Below, piece by piece: positions 23,646 to 38,336 of a stretch of DNA of 64,000 nucleotides (within the stretch, counting starts at the first letter, position 1; each line of letters opens with the position of its first letter). Below the pieces are notes generated by a model. It was not told the origin of the DNA, did no database searches, and saw nothing but the letters and a program-made list of their open reading frames with translations. The stretch covers positions 26,846,001 to 26,910,000 of the forward strand of contig OZ360236.1 of the NCBI GenBank assembly GCA_977017645.1. Direction: 5' to 3'. This stretch comes from Torpedo marmorata. Lineage: Eukaryota. The translations under genes and the position numbers were made by a program.

Positions 23646-24201
23646 TTTGGTAAGGACAAATGGTCTCTAAATCCATTGTTCAATGTCATCCTGGGTGGTC
23701 TATCTCCACCTTGTGGTCATGGGTCAGAGACTCTCAGGAACCAATGTGGTTGTTGCATTTTCTTCAAGGAGGCTTTGAGCACATTCTTGAATCTTTTTAT
23801 CCATCCACCTGATAATCTTTTCCTACAACAGAGATGAGAATAGAATGTTTGTGTCTGGTGTTAGTCTGTTAGGCCATTCAAATCATGGCTGATATATTCT
23901 TCCTCTCAAAGCCATTGTCCGTCCTTCTCCCCAGAGTGTGAGTGACGTGGCTGTTCAACATGGGTGAATGAGTGTAACTGGGGATTCAGTACTGCTGACG
24001 TTAACCTGGGAAAGGTCATTGGTGTTGTTTGCTTTTCCTTCCAAGAATGGGGAGGATTTTGCATCTTTCTAGTGCCTTGAAGTGCCTGGTGGAGAGAGTC
24101 CAGATCTTAGAAATATATATTCATTGTTATTACACGGGCAGCCACCCATACCATTGGAAGCAACTTGGTGAACTTAACATTGGCTTAAAATTGGAAACAC
24201 A

Positions 24202-24500
24202 AGAACATAGAAAAGTACAGCATAGGGACAGGCCCTTCAGCCTACCACGCCTGTCCTGACCATGAAGTCTTAGTAAACTAATCCCATCTACCTGAGCGTG
24301 GTTTGTATCCCTCTATTCCCTGCCTATTCGCGTGTCTATCAAAATATTTCTTGTGTGTTGCAATCGTATCTGTTTCTATCTCCTCTCCTGGCAATGTGTT
24401 TCCATGTCGTTTGTGAAGAAAACTTGCTTCTCATATATCCTTTAAACTTCCCGTCTTTCAACTTAAACATGTGGCCTCCATTATTTGACATTTCCACTGC
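24202..24500 (-). mobile_element. Old CR1 3'-end remnant
   Basis: agaacatagaaaagtacagc...acaggcccttc tail resembling 56131-56180. Confidence 0.6.
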
Positions 24501-25778
24501 TTCTTCAATTTCTTATGTTCTAATATTATGTAACTTAGGACATTTTTGTCCCTTCACAGAACAACTACGATACATTATGCTATTTTATTTTGTTTGTATC
24601 TGCTTGAGGCAACGTTCCACACCGATAATCAGGTCACTTGATCAGATAGCTTTAGAATGCAGGACAAGCTATTCAGAAACCTTCCAAAGTCAACAGAGTT
24701 TATGCTTAAAGTAACATTTAGCTGCTGAGACATTCACCCAATGGGCACTTCAATGGAGATATTGCTGATTCTACTCCATTATGGATGAGGCATGGCAGGG
24801 TCTGTTAGGTCTTCACCAGATGGGCAAGCTTGAATGGCATCTTTTTGTTCAACTGCTATTTCCTAGACACATTTTGCTGTTCCTCAGATATTCAAGCTGT
24901 TCCTGTGTCAGTGACCCAATCCCTGGCAGAATCATGAGGAGACTATATTAATGTAACAATATTTCAGGTCATGCAAACCAGTTAGGTTGATGTCACAGGA
25001 TCATCACCAATTCCCAACAAGCAGCATCTATGGCCTTGCGAGTAGTTACTGTATAGCTTCCTAATTTTAGTCAACCTCTTGTGGGAACTTTTCATTCTCC
25101 TTGACATCTCCTGCCTTTACAAAGGTAGACCTGACAGACCACTCAGCATCTCGCTGGATAACCACACATCAATGCATCGAGATCATGGCCGCATCTGAGT
25201 CCTGTGGACTGAATGGATGCATGTATCCCCTATCCAGGAATCCTTCTCACCAGAACTTCTGCATCACATGCTAGACTGCAGCTCATGAGTTACCAGTGTA
25301 CTTTCCTTTTACCAGGTATCACTCAAACCTAATCCTTTCTTCCCTCAAGGTGACATTGCGGATAGTTAGCATACTGACACAGTTTGGTCATCATTGTCCC
25401 ACCCTTCACCATTGAGGCTGTTCCTGTTCTTTCGAAGAATAATTTAATTAAGCATATTCCATTACTATTTTTTTTTAAATCACAACCTTTTTTTGAAGCA
25501 TTTATATTCCCTTTTCAAGGCAACTAATAAATATGTATCCACCAAGATCAGATACAACCTTCCAAAGCCTCACCACTTGTTCTGAAAAATGTATTTTCCT
25601 CGCGTTGTTCCTGCTGGATTTTGCTAATTCTCATGTTAATTTTACAGCCATTCGAAAGATTTTTTCTCAACTTGCATGATATACTTCACCATCTTATGAT
25701 ACATCCATCGCATTTCCTCCTCACCTTCTCTGTTTTGAGAAGAACTTCAGCTGCTCCAGCTTCTTCATGCAGCTATAA

Positions 25779-26391
25779 CACTGGGCAACGAAGATTTTGC
25801 TTCCTGTACACGTTTGGGTGTATTTTATGTATTTTCGACTCCTGGTCACGAAAATCATCTTAAAATATTCCTATCACGTAGCTTTTTTAGATATAACCTA
25901 TTTTTGTGATTTCTTCTCATATTTTAAGTCTACTTCAAGCATATAAAACCATGAAGTGCAACATGTCAATGAAAATTCATTTTCTGCATTTGCACTTAGA
26001 CTTCTTCCCTGCTGATCTTGGCGCAGTCAGTGACGAACATGGCGAAAGGTTTTACCAGGACATTGCGACCATGGAAAAGCGGTATCAGGGCAACTGGAAT
26101 CCATCAGTGTTGGCTGACTATTGTTGGCCACTGACACGAGAGGCATCAGATGCTGAGTACAAACGAAAATCAGCGGCAAAATGTTTTTAGGTCAGTTGAA
26201 CTAACGCAATGTGTCAGCATTATTATGCGATTAAACATGCTAAATTCAATAAAAGTTAATTTAATGTTCTCCAACTTCCTACGTGATACAGCCAATCTGA
26301 AATTATCTTTGTGTTCAGCTTGAAGTTGTCTATCATAATCCCCAATTTTATTTCAGGAAGCAAACCTTTTGAAAACATTTGTTATCCAGTG
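25779..26391 (+). mobile_element. Internally deleted Chapaev3-like DNA transposon
   Basis: Termini CACTGGGCAAC / GTTATCCAGTG; subterminal tttgcttcctg / caggaagcaaa; 3-bp TSD taa; transposase C-terminus at about 25930-26190 (MSMKIHFLHLHLDFFPADLGAVSDEHGERFYQDI...ADYCW). Confidence 0.85.
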
Positions 26392-26514
26392 TAATCAATC
26401 ATCTCTGGAACCATTCAAGCAAATCTCTTCTGTGCCCACTGCAAACACTGTACAGTCTTCAGAAAAGGTGTAACTCAAAATTGGCAAAATTGTTTTATGT
26501 AGCTGATATAATTA

Positions 26515-26631
26515 CCGTATATACTCATGTAATAGTCGTATACATGGGTCATATGGAAAACACGCGATTTTTGGGCCAAAAAAGGGAGTTTGACTATGAC
26601 ACGGGATCAACTATTACACGAGTATATACGG
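26515..26631. mobile_element. 117-bp MITE, Tc1/mariner-pogo (Tc2-like) type
   Basis: 21-bp TIR ccgtatatactc(a/g)tgtaatag with one mismatch; TA on both flanks. Confidence 0.85.
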
Positions 26632-27438
26632 TACTTCGTTTTCGTGCTCTGTTCCTCCAGAAAATCCAAGTTCAAATTGCAATCAACATTCATGATGAGA
26701 ACAATGTGATAGTAAGTAGAAGTCATTTTTATTAAAAAAATATTGATTTAGAAAGGATTCAGACTGGAACAAATAATTTTGAAAAATTATTCAATATGTG
26801 GCAACAGACTTGTTAAGAAAGAACAATCTGTGAATGTTGGACCTAGAAATGGTTTCACATGGCCGACTGAAGCAATTTAGGCACAGGAGACAACTAAAGG
26901 AAAAAGTAAATGTATGACAGCAAAAAAACAGACCCCAGATGTCACCTACAGTATCTGAAGCTAATGACCTGCAGACACCAGCAGAGCAGCTGCAGACAGC
27001 TCACTGGGAAATAGAATTTAAACTCTGGGCCACTCTCATCAACATTGAGCTTTGAGTAGATCGAGGGTGAGGGTGACGGACGAGTAATCTAGAAAGCTGA
27101 CCGGTGGAGAAGGAGGAGACGGCAGGGAGGGACAAATGGTCAGGAAGTGACTGGAAGATGGGGAAAAACATGAAGGCCAGACCTAATGCTTGTTAATTTT
27201 TGTTCGTGTAATATTTGGAAACATCTGTCTAAAGCTTTTCCATAAAAATCAAAATTAAGATGCAAGATCTGCAGCCATGTGTTTTATAAACCAGAAACAA
27301 TGAATAGTTTTGTTGTAAGAAGTAAAACACGAAAGTCTGCAGACACCGTGGTTGAAGTAAAAACACAATGCTGGAGAAACTCATCAGGTCAAACAGTGTA
27401 CTTGATGAAGGGCTCAAGCCCGAAACGTTAGTTTTGTA

Positions 27439-28046
27439 TATAGTGACTTCGATCCAACAATAGTCACTTGGAGGCTAGGTGAGATACTTGTTTTTGACGC
27501 GTTTCAATTAATTTACTAACAAAGCCCGATATGTTCAAAAAACTTTATTTGCACACGTGACTTGCAGCAATCTTCAATGACTTAAATATAAACAGTTCTT
27601 GATAACGATGTTTAATGAGTTCCTTTAAACGATTCCTTTGACTGTATTTAGATGTTCAATTAAATGACTTTAAACCATAATGAAACGAGTTTGAATGTTC
27701 AATGAAACGTGGCTAAATGTTCCATGAAACGGTCAATAAAAGATATGGCGATCTCACTCACCCTCCTCTAAGCCGCCATCTTTTTCCAATACTTTTTCCT
27801 GATTCGCGCATGCTCAATGCGCCTATTCCACCGCGCATACTCCACCGCGCATACTCCACCACGCACACTCCACTGCGCACACTGCCGCCAATTCCCAACT
27901 GCGCATGCGCCCGTCGGCACTCTAGCGCATGCGCAGAGTACTAAATAGTCCTAGCATGGCCTACAAACACCGCAACTCCTCCGTAACCTGCCGAGAACAT
28001 CGCAGCGCCGCGACCAAGGTAAGTAATCAAGCCTACGGCTCTTACA
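27439..28046 (-). repeat. BEL copy B 3' LTR
   Basis: Direct repeat of 36838-37431 with one extra 14-bp unit; adjacent PPT-like taggggccag. Confidence 0.93.
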
Positions 28047-28251
28047 CTGGCCCCTAATTATTATAATTAGACGCAATGTCTTAAATAATAATTACACAAT
28101 AAATTATAAATAACAATAACCATAACATTCAAACAATATACAAATCTTCTTTCTTCTTTCTTCATAAGACCAGAGTTTACCATAACTCTGAATCAACAAA
28201 AGTCTTTAACCTGTGAAGTATACAACAACAAATAAAGTCAGTTTGTATTTA

Positions 28252-31200
28252 TCAAAGTTCCTCCGTCTTCAACAGAAAGCAGACCTTGTTAATAGGTCTA
28301 TTTAGAAAGCCAGTCTTAGTTTTAATTGGCACTTGACGCACAAGTCCCCTTTTGTGCTGAATAGTCTCAATAATTTTTCCAAGTAACCAGGAGTTTCGAG
28401 GAGCTGAATCATCCATTATAATCACGATGTCTCCTGATGTAAAATTGCGTCTGAGGTTAAAACATTTTTTCCGTTCTTGCAGCTGAAGAAGATATACTTT
28501 TACCCATCTTTTCCAAAATAAATCTGACATATACTGTACTTGTCTCCACCTCCGACGAGCATATATGTCTTCCTTCTTAAATTGCCCTGGTGGCATTGAG
28601 AGATTAGTCTTAAAAAGCAAAAGATGGTTCGGGGTAAGTGCCTCAAGATCATTTGGATCTGTAGAAGCCTTAGTGATTGGACGACTGTTGAGAATAGCTT
28701 CAACTTCACATAAAACTGTGGAAAGACCCTCCTCGTCCAGACTTTGCACCTTTAAGGTGGAATTAAGTGCCCTTTGTACCGATCTAATTAATCTTTCCCA
28801 TACACCGCCATGGTGTGAACCAGTTGGTGGGTGGAATTTCCAATTGATTCCTTTCTGAAGTAATGTATTATGTATTTGATCTTGATTCCAACCTTCGATT
28901 GCCTCTTTCAACTCGAGCTGAGCTCCTACAAAATTAGTACCATTGTCAGATCGTATTTCTTTCACTTGACTATGTCTGGATATAAAACGCCGAAGAGCAT
29001 TGATAAAAGAGTCTGTGTCAAGAGACAAAGCCACTTCAATATGAATTGCTCTTATAGCTAAACAGGTGAAAATAACACCATAGCGCTTCACAATACTCCT
29101 TCCACGCTTCACTTCAAAAGGCCCAAAATAATCGACTCCAACATATGTGAAGGGAGGTTCATCGGGAGAGACTCTGTCCAGAGGCAAATCTGCCATCTGC
29201 TGTTGTCCAGGAGTAGGATTTAATCGCCGACAAACAACACATTTTGATACAATTTTTCTAATTAACACAGTGGCACCAAGAATCCAATAATTTTGTCGTA
29301 GTCTGGATAACGTATGATTGCGACCACCATGACCCACCTTTTCATGAATATGCCGAAGAATTAAATCAGAGATATAAAAATCCTTGGCCAGTATAACGGG
29401 ACGTTTCATCTCTTCTGGCATTGCTGCTCTGCTAAGTCGCCCACCAACCCTTAATACACCATTCTCCAAAATGGGATTAAGTATGCGAAGAACACTTGTC
29501 CTTTAAACATTCATTCCCCCTTTAAAACTCGAAATTTCGTCTGCAAATCTTTTCTTCCGGCAAAAGCGGATTATCTCCATCTCAGCATTAATTAATTCTT
29601 CAACTGTAAGACGTCTTCTTTTCTGCGTTTCAGTAACATTGTTTGTTCGTTTGTTACGATTCAAACACCATCTTTTAAATCTGAGCAACCATGCTATTGC
29701 CCTTTTCAAACTATTCCAGGATGAAAATCTATGTATTAAATAAGTAATACAATCCCTTTGTTCAGATATTATCTGCACTGCATTTGCAGTTTTAATCCCA
29801 TTTCTAGATTGATCGTAGGGTTCTTCTCCTTTGATTTCATGATCATCTAATAAAATTTCCATTAATTTATCAGGATTTTGGGGCCACTCATTTTGAGACC
29901 GTAAAAGAAACTGAGGCCCTGATACCCACATTTCATTCTTCTGAAAAGATTTGACTTTCAAACCTCGGGAAGCCAAATCAGCAGGATTATCAACTGCTTT
30001 AACATATCTCCACTGTTTTGGACATGAGACTTTATCGATTTCAACAATTCTGTTAGCCACAAAAGTTCAAAATCTTGTTGTCTTATTGTTGAGGTATTTA
30101 AGCACAGATGTGCTATCTGTCCAAAAGATAGAGTCTGCTAGATTCATCTGCAGCTCTTTTCTCAGTACTGTGTCCATTCTACTCGCCATGGCAGCAGCCG
30201 TCAACTCCATTCGAGGTATAGTAACTGGTTTTAATGGAGCCACTCTAGCCTTTCCCATTACAAATCCACAATGTATCTGAACATTATTACTATACAGTAA
30301 CAGATAACTAACAGTTCCATAACCTTCCTCACATGCATCAGCAAAATGATGAAGTTGAGCAAATGTCACCTTTCCAAAGTTGATGGGTTTGAAACATCTG
30401 TCAACCTTGAAGTTTTCTAACATATGAAGATCCTTATTCCAACATATCCATTTCTCTACAATGGAGTCTGGTATCTTATCATCCCAACCTATCTTTTTTC
30501 TACACAAATCTTGCAGGATCTTCTTGGCAGTTAGGACTACTGGTATCAATATTCCTAAGGGATCATAAATTGAACTGACCGTTGAAAGAATCCCTCTTCT
30601 TGTGAGAGGTCTGTCCTTCAAAATGATTTTGAATTTAAAAACGTCAGATTGAATACACCATTGTCTACCCAACATCCTCTCTACAGGAAGATTGTCATGG
30701 TCCAAATCCAGATTCTTCATTTCCTTTGCTCTATCTGCTTCAGGTATGACAGCCAACACACGACGACTGTTACTTATCCATTTGGTAAGTAGAAAGCCAC
30801 CCTTTAAACAAATTTTTCGTAACTCATAATAAAGAGATATTGCATTTTCTTCAGAAGTTGTAGAAGTAAGACAGTCATCTACATAAAAATTGTTCAAAAT
30901 GGTGCTTACAGCTTGAGAGCTAAACTCTTTCACATTATCCTCAGCACACTTCCTAAGGGCAAAGTTCGCACAAAGTTCGCTCCAAATAAATGCACAGTCA
31001 TTCTATATTCCACCATATTCTGTTTGTAGTCTCCATCAGGCCACCATAGGAACCGTAATAAGTCACGGTCTTCATTTGGAACTTTCACCTGATGAAACAT
31101 TGCTTCAATGTCAGCAGTATTTACAAAAGGTTCTTTACGGAATCTAACCAAGACTCCTATCAATGTACTAGTCAAGTCTGGCCCTTGTAACAACTGAGAA

Positions 31201-34200
31201 TTTAGTGACACTCCTCTAAAAGTCGCTCCACAGTCAAACACAACACAAAGTTTTTTTCTTTTGTGGATGTAAAACCCCATGATGTGGTAGATACCATTTT
31301 TTACCATCATTATGTCCCAATACATTATCTGGTATTTTCTCTGCATAACCTTTTGATATCATGTCAGACATAAAATTGTTATAGTCTGAATGAAAAGAAG
31401 AATCTCTATTAAATCTTCTTCTTAAATTCAGTGTACGATGTTCAGCAACACTTCTATTGTCAGACATGTATACTTCTCTTATCTTTACAGGTATTCCAAT
31501 ACAATAATGTCCATCAACTAACTCGGCAGATTTTGAGACAAAATTCAAAAACTGCCTAACTTCTTTTGAATGTTCTTGTTCATCACTGAGGCACTCAGGA
31601 AAGTCACTTTTGAACTGCTGCTCCCATAGCTCATCAAGTTTCATAACTGAAATTCTGTTAACATTTATCGCTAACTGTTCCTGAGTTTTATCACCTTTTC
31701 CTCCTAATGGTCCATTGATTGTCCAACCAAGCATGGTTTTAACAGCGTAAGGTCGATCTCCCACACTCCGTATTACATCTAGGGTTTCCAAAACCTTTGG
31801 CACATCTGAACCAATCAACATTTCTATTTCAAAATTAACTTCAGGTAGACAAACATTTTTCAGATAAGACCACCGTTTAATATCATTTTGATGAGGAATA
31901 TTTCCTTCATGCACAGGCATAGTCTTCTGAGTATATAAACTTGGAAGATCACAAAATTTTTTGTCCAATCCAGCAACCTTTAAGCCTGAAACAATGCTGG
32001 TTTCAACGACCTTTTCTTGTCCCATGGTTTTTAACATAATTCTTGATCTTCTTCCTTGAATATTAAGTTTATTCATTAGTCCTTCCGTGCAAAAAGATGC
32101 AATGCTGCCTGGGTCTAGAAATGCATATGTTTGTACTGTTGCATCCCCTTTCTTGGTCACGATCGAAAGTTTGCAGTTATCCACACCAGCCCCGGTAAGA
32201 CCACTTGTCTGAACCAAGGTTATAACATTGTTTTCTGTTGTTTCCTTTGTTTCTGTTTGCTCCTTTTCCAATTCCTTGTTTCTGTGATGGATATGCAAAA
32301 TTCTAGGAATTTCAAATTGCATATGTTACAATTAATTTGCTTCTTGCAGTTTTTACTGATGTGCCCTTTACACAGACAGCTAAAACATATTCCATTTTCC
32401 TTTAAGAAAGCGATCTTCTCATTATGTTCCTTCTTTTCCAATCGTAAACACATTTCCAAAGCATGTCCACCTTTACAGAACAAACAACTCTTTTCATCAG
32501 GCAAACTTTCCTTTTCCTTATTTACTTTGTCATTTTTCTTTATTTATAACTGACACATTAGTAGCAAAAGTACTCCTTTTCAATTTCGGACTAGGCTGTG
32601 AGTTAGACCTCCTTACATCTTTGCCTATTGAATTGTCTCTGGTATTTCCATATATTGGATCTGTTTCAATGTACACCTGTCGTTCAAGAAAATTTACCAA
32701 ATCCTTTAAGGTAGCTCTTCGACCGTAATTTCCTTGTAAATCACAAGCCAAATTTCTCCATCTATCCCATAACTTGTAAGGTATTTTTTCTAAGATGATT
32801 CGCATATTACCAGGCACTTCAAGCTCACGAATATTATCAATATCTTCCATGGCATTACAACATCCTCTTAAAAATAGAGTATATTCTTGTAGAGCCTTTA
32901 CATCATTTTGTTTTATTGATGTCCATTTAAGAGCTTTATCCATATAAGCTAAAGCAATTCGATGCTTGTTGCCAAAATGTTGTTCCAGTAAAGCCTTAGC
33001 TCTATCTAATCCTCTTTCTGAGGACATATGTTGACAACTCTTTACCAGTTCTTTTGGATGTCCCTTTGTGAACATTTCCAAATAATAAAGACATTCATCA
33101 CAATCATGGCATTTATTTTCAATATTGCGTTTGAAAGATCTGATAAATGATTGATACTGAAGTGGATCTCCATCAAAAATTTGTATCTCTTTCTTGGGTA
33201 AAGAAGAGAGAGACTGTAACTGAATCAATGATGCAGCGATTTCATTTTGTCTTTCCTTGGATGACAATACATTGTTCTGTTCACCGTCTCTTGTTGCAGG
33301 TAATGTATCTGGAAACCTCACTGGTGTAGTTTCTTCCATATTTCTGATGCTTGACTCAAATAACAAGGAAGCTGCATCGTTCGACCGAACCCAAGCTGCA
33401 GCTTTGTCTTCAGATGTTACCACTGGTACATGTGACTCGATACCAATATGCTCTTGAAATATTTGTCCTTGTATATGCAAGTCTTGTATCCTTGGTCTAA
33501 AATATCTACCCTTTTGGTTGGTTTCTTTTCCTGTGGCTCTTTTTTAAAATATGTTTTATTATCAGACACTTTAGATAATTTACTTCTAGCACCAGATACC
33601 ATTGAGCCTTCTATTGCTTTCTTTTTTGCCTTGGCAATAGTAATGTTTGCTTCCAGCTCCTGCTGTTCTTTTCTCTGCCTTAGCTGCTCGTGCATTTGTC
33701 ATAGCTGCTCCTCCTGTCGTTCTAAAATATGTTTATCCTAAAGCGTTTTTTGTTGTGCAATAAGAGCGGCCAAGTCACCTTCAATCTTTGTACGTGACGA
33801 TGCAGAACTTGAAGTACGAGAAACTCTGGAGCTCGAACCAGAACTTTGTTTGCTTGTCCTGCTTTCAGCATTTGAGACACTGTCAATTGCTTGTATTTCG
33901 TCCTGCACGTCATATGTTGTCTTCATACTTACCTCTTTCTCGAATTCGAATTGTATATCCTTTGCATCTTCATCCTCTTCATTTGGTGACACAATTTCAG
34001 CCATTTCCATGTAATCTTCTTGTTCATCTAACGAAGCTGCCCCTTCTTCCTTTGCCAGCTTCAATCTTGCGATGAGAACCTTTTTATTTCCATATATCTT
34101 TTTTCAGTCGCTTCAATTCTTCTTTAATATCCGCAACCTTCATGTCTTCAATATGTTGGTCTTTAACAGCAACATCAGCGGTTGCTGCGTCAGCTGCTGA

Positions 34201-34239
34201 TACATCAGTGGCTGCTGCATCAGAGGCTGCTGCGGCCAT
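28252..34239 (-). pseudogene. BEL copy B gag-pol polyprotein, frameshifted
   Basis: Serial ORF fragments from 34084-34326 down to 28252-29469 (integrase, 405 aa open). Confidence 0.93.
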
Positions 34240-34499
34240 TTTACTCGTCTTGTTCCACTGTCCTTCAAGCATACACAACACTAGCCAAATCAACAGTCCC
34301 CAATGGACCAGCGGCAGCAATTCCAATCTGTGTCCTTACTTGCCAAAGATACACAGAAGGAGTCCACAGACTTATATGACTACCACTTCAGATGACTGTA
34401 ATGTGCTGCTATTCACAAACGAGTTTCAACCACAACATCCGTCAATAATATCGCTGATTTTCCAAAAATGGTTTCTCCAACGTATTTATAGTACACTTT

Positions 34500-36624
34500 T
34501 TTTTTATTTAAAAAAAAATATTTTATTTAAAATTTTAAATCACAAAATACATTAAGTAAAATATGAAATTATGAAAATACTTGTGATACATTTTCACCCC
34601 CCCACCCTCCCTCCCCTCCCTAACCCTCCCATCCCTACTAATCTACTAAAGTAAAAATAAAAAAGAAACAAAAAGATAGAATAAGGAGAATGTCAATCTA
34701 AAAAACACATCTATAAACTAATTTTATTGTGGAGGTTCGCCAGTCAGATCCGATGTCCAGAGATCATCAAATCCTTAAACCAACAGCCTTCATATATGGG
34801 CTCCATATTTTCAAAAAGAAATGATATTTATTACGTAAATTATAGGTAATTTTTTCAAGTGGTATACATGAACGAAGTTCTGCATGCCATCTCTCTAACC
34901 CGAAATCTACATCAGATTTCCATGTAATAGCAATACATTTCTTAGAAACAGCTAAAGCAATTCGCAGAAATTCTATTTGATACATATTTAATTTCATCTT
35001 AATACTAACTCTTTATAAATATCTCCAAACAAAAATATCATAGGGTCCATTGGGAATGTAATTTTTAATACTTTATGTAAAAAATTTTAACTTTCAACCA
35101 AAAATCATAAACCTATGGACAAAACCATGTAGAATGTACAAAATAACCTTCCTCTCTATTACATCTAAAACATAAGCCTGATAATGTCGCGTTAAATTTC
35201 TTTAATTTTTTAGGCGTTAAATATAATTGATGAAAAAAATTATATTGAACTAATCTGTATCTAACATTAATAATCTTCGTCATACTTAGTTTACATAATT
35301 CTTTCCAATATTATTCATCTATTGTTACATTCAAATCTGATTCCCATTTTAATCTTGATTAATGAATTCCTCCTTTTGGGATTTTTCTCTGAAACAATCT
35401 ATACATTTGAGAAATAAATTTATTTACATCTCCATTAGTAACTAATAATTCTAATTCACTCTGTCTTGGTAAAGTCAATCTATAGCCTAACTTCCCAACT
35501 AAAAATGCTCTAATTTAATAATAAGCAAAAAGTGTATTATTCAATACATTAAACTTATCTTTCATTCTTTGAAAAGTAATAAATTTCCCAGCTTCAAAAC
35601 AATCATTTATTTTCTTAATTCCCTTTTGGAACCAAATTTTAAATCATTGATTGTCAACAGAAAATGGAATAAGTTTATTTTGATATAAAGGTATTTTTGG
35701 AGAAATCAACCCTTTCCCTCCTATCTCCCTATCCACTCTATTCCATATTTCTAACAAATGTTTAAAAATAGGAGAGTTCTACCCTCTTGTTAATAATAAT
35801 TTAGAATTCCATTTATAAATAACTTCTTCTTTCAAATCTTCTCCTATATTATTTAGTTCTATTCTAATCCAAGCAGAAGACTTAGTTAAATCAAACAATT
35901 CATTAACAAATTTTAATTGAGCTGCTTTATAATAATTTTGAAAATTAGGAAGTTGCAAACCACCCATTTCATATTTCCAAGTTAACTTCTCAATACCTAC
36001 TCTAGTCAACTTTCCTTTCCACAAAAACTTCCTAATAATTAAATTTAAATCTTTGAAAATTTTTTGAGGAATTTCATAAGGAATTGATTGAAAAATATAT
36101 TGAATTCTTGGAAAAACATTCAGTTTAATACAACTTACCCTTCCTATTAAAGTTATAGGTGAATCCTTCCAGCTTTCTAAATCTTTTTTAATTTTCATAA
36201 ATAATGGTAAATAATTTAATTTATATAGATTAGTTAATTTTGTATCAATCTTTATTCCCAAATATTTAATTCCTTCCTTTGACCATTTAAATTGTGTAAT
36301 TTCTTTGCATTTACTATAATCCCCTTGTGTTAATGCCATAATTTCACTTTTATCAGAATTAATCTTATAACCAGATATTTCCCCATATTCTCTCAATAAA
36401 ACAGTCAATTGTATTAAAGAAGTAATAGGTTTTGTCATATAAATCAATACATCATCTGCAAATAAACTAATTTTATGCTCTTCTCTTCCAACTTTAACAC
36501 CTGCAATCTTATTATCTTGTCTAATTAATTCTGCCAAAGGTTCTATTGCTAAAATAAACATTGCTGGCGACAAAGGACATCCTTGTCTAGTTGACCTAGT
36601 CAAAGAAAATTTTGAAGAAATTTG
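34500..36624 (-). mobile_element. 5'-truncated L1 inserted in the BEL B leader
   Basis: RT fragment 35779-36603; polyA (polyT on +) at 34500; 13-bp TSD tatagtac(a/t)cttt at 34487-34499 and 36625-36637; the empty site is visible in copy A at about 15771-15783. Confidence 0.95.
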
Positions 36625-36837
36625 TATAGTACTCTTTACTATAAGATTTGAAGCTTTAAATCCCTCTCTGGCTGTTACTCATGGCAGATGGATGTGGATT
36701 ACAAACTGCCCTCAACTCGAGGCATCTCCAAGATGGCCACCATTTTATTTTAAATATCAGTCCAAAGCACAGAGAGACTATTCTATCTTCTTTCCTTCAA
36801 TTTTCTGTTCCAAACAATCACTTTTATTGATTAATAA

Positions 36838-37431
36838 TATAGTGACTTCGATCCAACAATAGTCACTTGGAGGCTAGATGAGATACTTGTTTTTGACGCG
36901 TTTCAATTAATTTACTAACAAAGTCCGATATGTTCAAAAAACTTTATTTACACACGTGACTTGCAGCAATCTTCAATGACTTAAATATAAACAGTTCTTG
37001 ATAACGATGTTTAATGAGTTCCTTTAAACGATTCCTTTGACTGTATTTAGATGTTCAATTAAATGACTTTAAACCATAATGAAACGAGTTTGAATGTTCA
37101 ATGAAACGTGGCTAAATGTTCCATGAAACGGTCAATAAAAGATATGGCGATCTCACTCACCCTCCTCTAAGCCGCCATCTTTTTCCAATACTTTTTCCCG
37201 ATTCGCGCATGCTCAATGCGCCTATTCCACCGCGCATACTCCACTGCGCACACTCCACCGCGCACACTGCCGTCAATTCCCAACTGCGCATGCGCCCGTC
37301 GGCACTCTAGCACATGCGCAGAGTACTAAATAGGCCTAGCACGGCCTACAAACACCGCGACTCCTCCGTAACCCGCCGAGAACATCGCAGCACCGCGACT
37401 AAGGTAATTAATCAAGCCTACAGCTCTTACA
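36838..37431 (-). repeat. BEL copy B 5' LTR
   Basis: TGTAAGAGC...GTCACTATA on the minus strand. Confidence 0.93.
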
Positions 37432-38336
37432 ATGTATCTTTATCTTTGCTATATAAAGTACACCTGCTGAGTTTCTCCATCATTGTGTTTTACTAAATTG
37501 TTTTGTGGTAATATGACCTTCTTGTTATCAAGCTAAGATTTTAATTAAACTGTATTCTATAAAATACAATTTGACTTTTTATTTTGTTGCTGAATCATGA
37601 ATGTAGCTTTTATAGTTCTCTGAAAGTTTTCTTTTAACAATTCCATTGATAATATATCCATAAATTCAATTAATTTGGAGATATTAAATGAGATGTAAAT
37701 GCAATGGCGTAATTCAATTACAAATAGCAATAATAATTATATTATGGAAAGGAATAAATGCTTCTTTGAAGAAAGCACTGAATTAATACATATGCTATTT
37801 TATTTTAATTTTCCTTTGAGGCCTACTGTGCCCAGCTATTCACAATTGCTGACAATGGTGTTTATTTGTCCAGGTGACCAAAAGTGAAATGCTGGAGAGA
37901 GCAGGTTGGGCATATCTTCTATTGTACCTTTTGAGGTCATGCCATGGCTCTATTTTTTTCAATCATTCGAAATATGAATAGTAAGTTATTGGATGAAAAA
38001 AAAGAAAATCAAAAGCACTATGTTTACCTAGCTGCATCTAAAGCTGTCTCTTTCTTGTATGATCTTCACATGCTTTGCAGAGCTGAAGTGCCACCAGCCA
38101 CTGTTTTGCCCCCATTTGTGGGATAACCTGTGACATTTACTATATTTTAATATGAATTGAACTGTTTATCGTTACATGCACTGAGATACACTGGAAAAAA
38201 ACTTACACGTCATACAACAGTGCAAGAATAAAAACAACGGGGGCGTGGCGTGATGGCGTGATGGCGTAGGTGGAGGACATGGAATTACACCTCTTTAAAG
38301 TTTTTAAGTAATCTGAAAATTATTAAATTCTCTATA

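Larger units (their letters stand above)
27439..37431 (-). mobile_element. BEL/Pao LTR retrotransposon copy B: full gag-PR-RT-RH-IN, degenerate, with an L1 inserted in the 5' leader
   Basis: Highly similar LTRs 27439-28046 and 36838-37431. Near-TSD ttgta/atgta. RT (ADIEAMFHQV, NFYVDDCL), RH (LHHFADA), IN (GVDYFGP, SDNGTNF, RRWRQVQ..FWKRW). Confidence 0.96.
27322..37495. mobile_element. Short inverted PLE pLTR element, split by BEL copy B
   Basis: Minus-strand pLTR end 27322-27400; plus-strand hammerhead motif 27401-27432; continuation after the BEL insertion at 37432-37495. Confidence 0.75.

Noticed and set aside
23680-24190. Possible very old RTE-like LINE remnant
   Set aside because: Too decayed to support from sequence alone.
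27810-27890. Short repeats that could be taken for a CRISPR-like array
   Set aside because: 14-bp tandem units with no unique spacers, inside a eukaryotic LTR.
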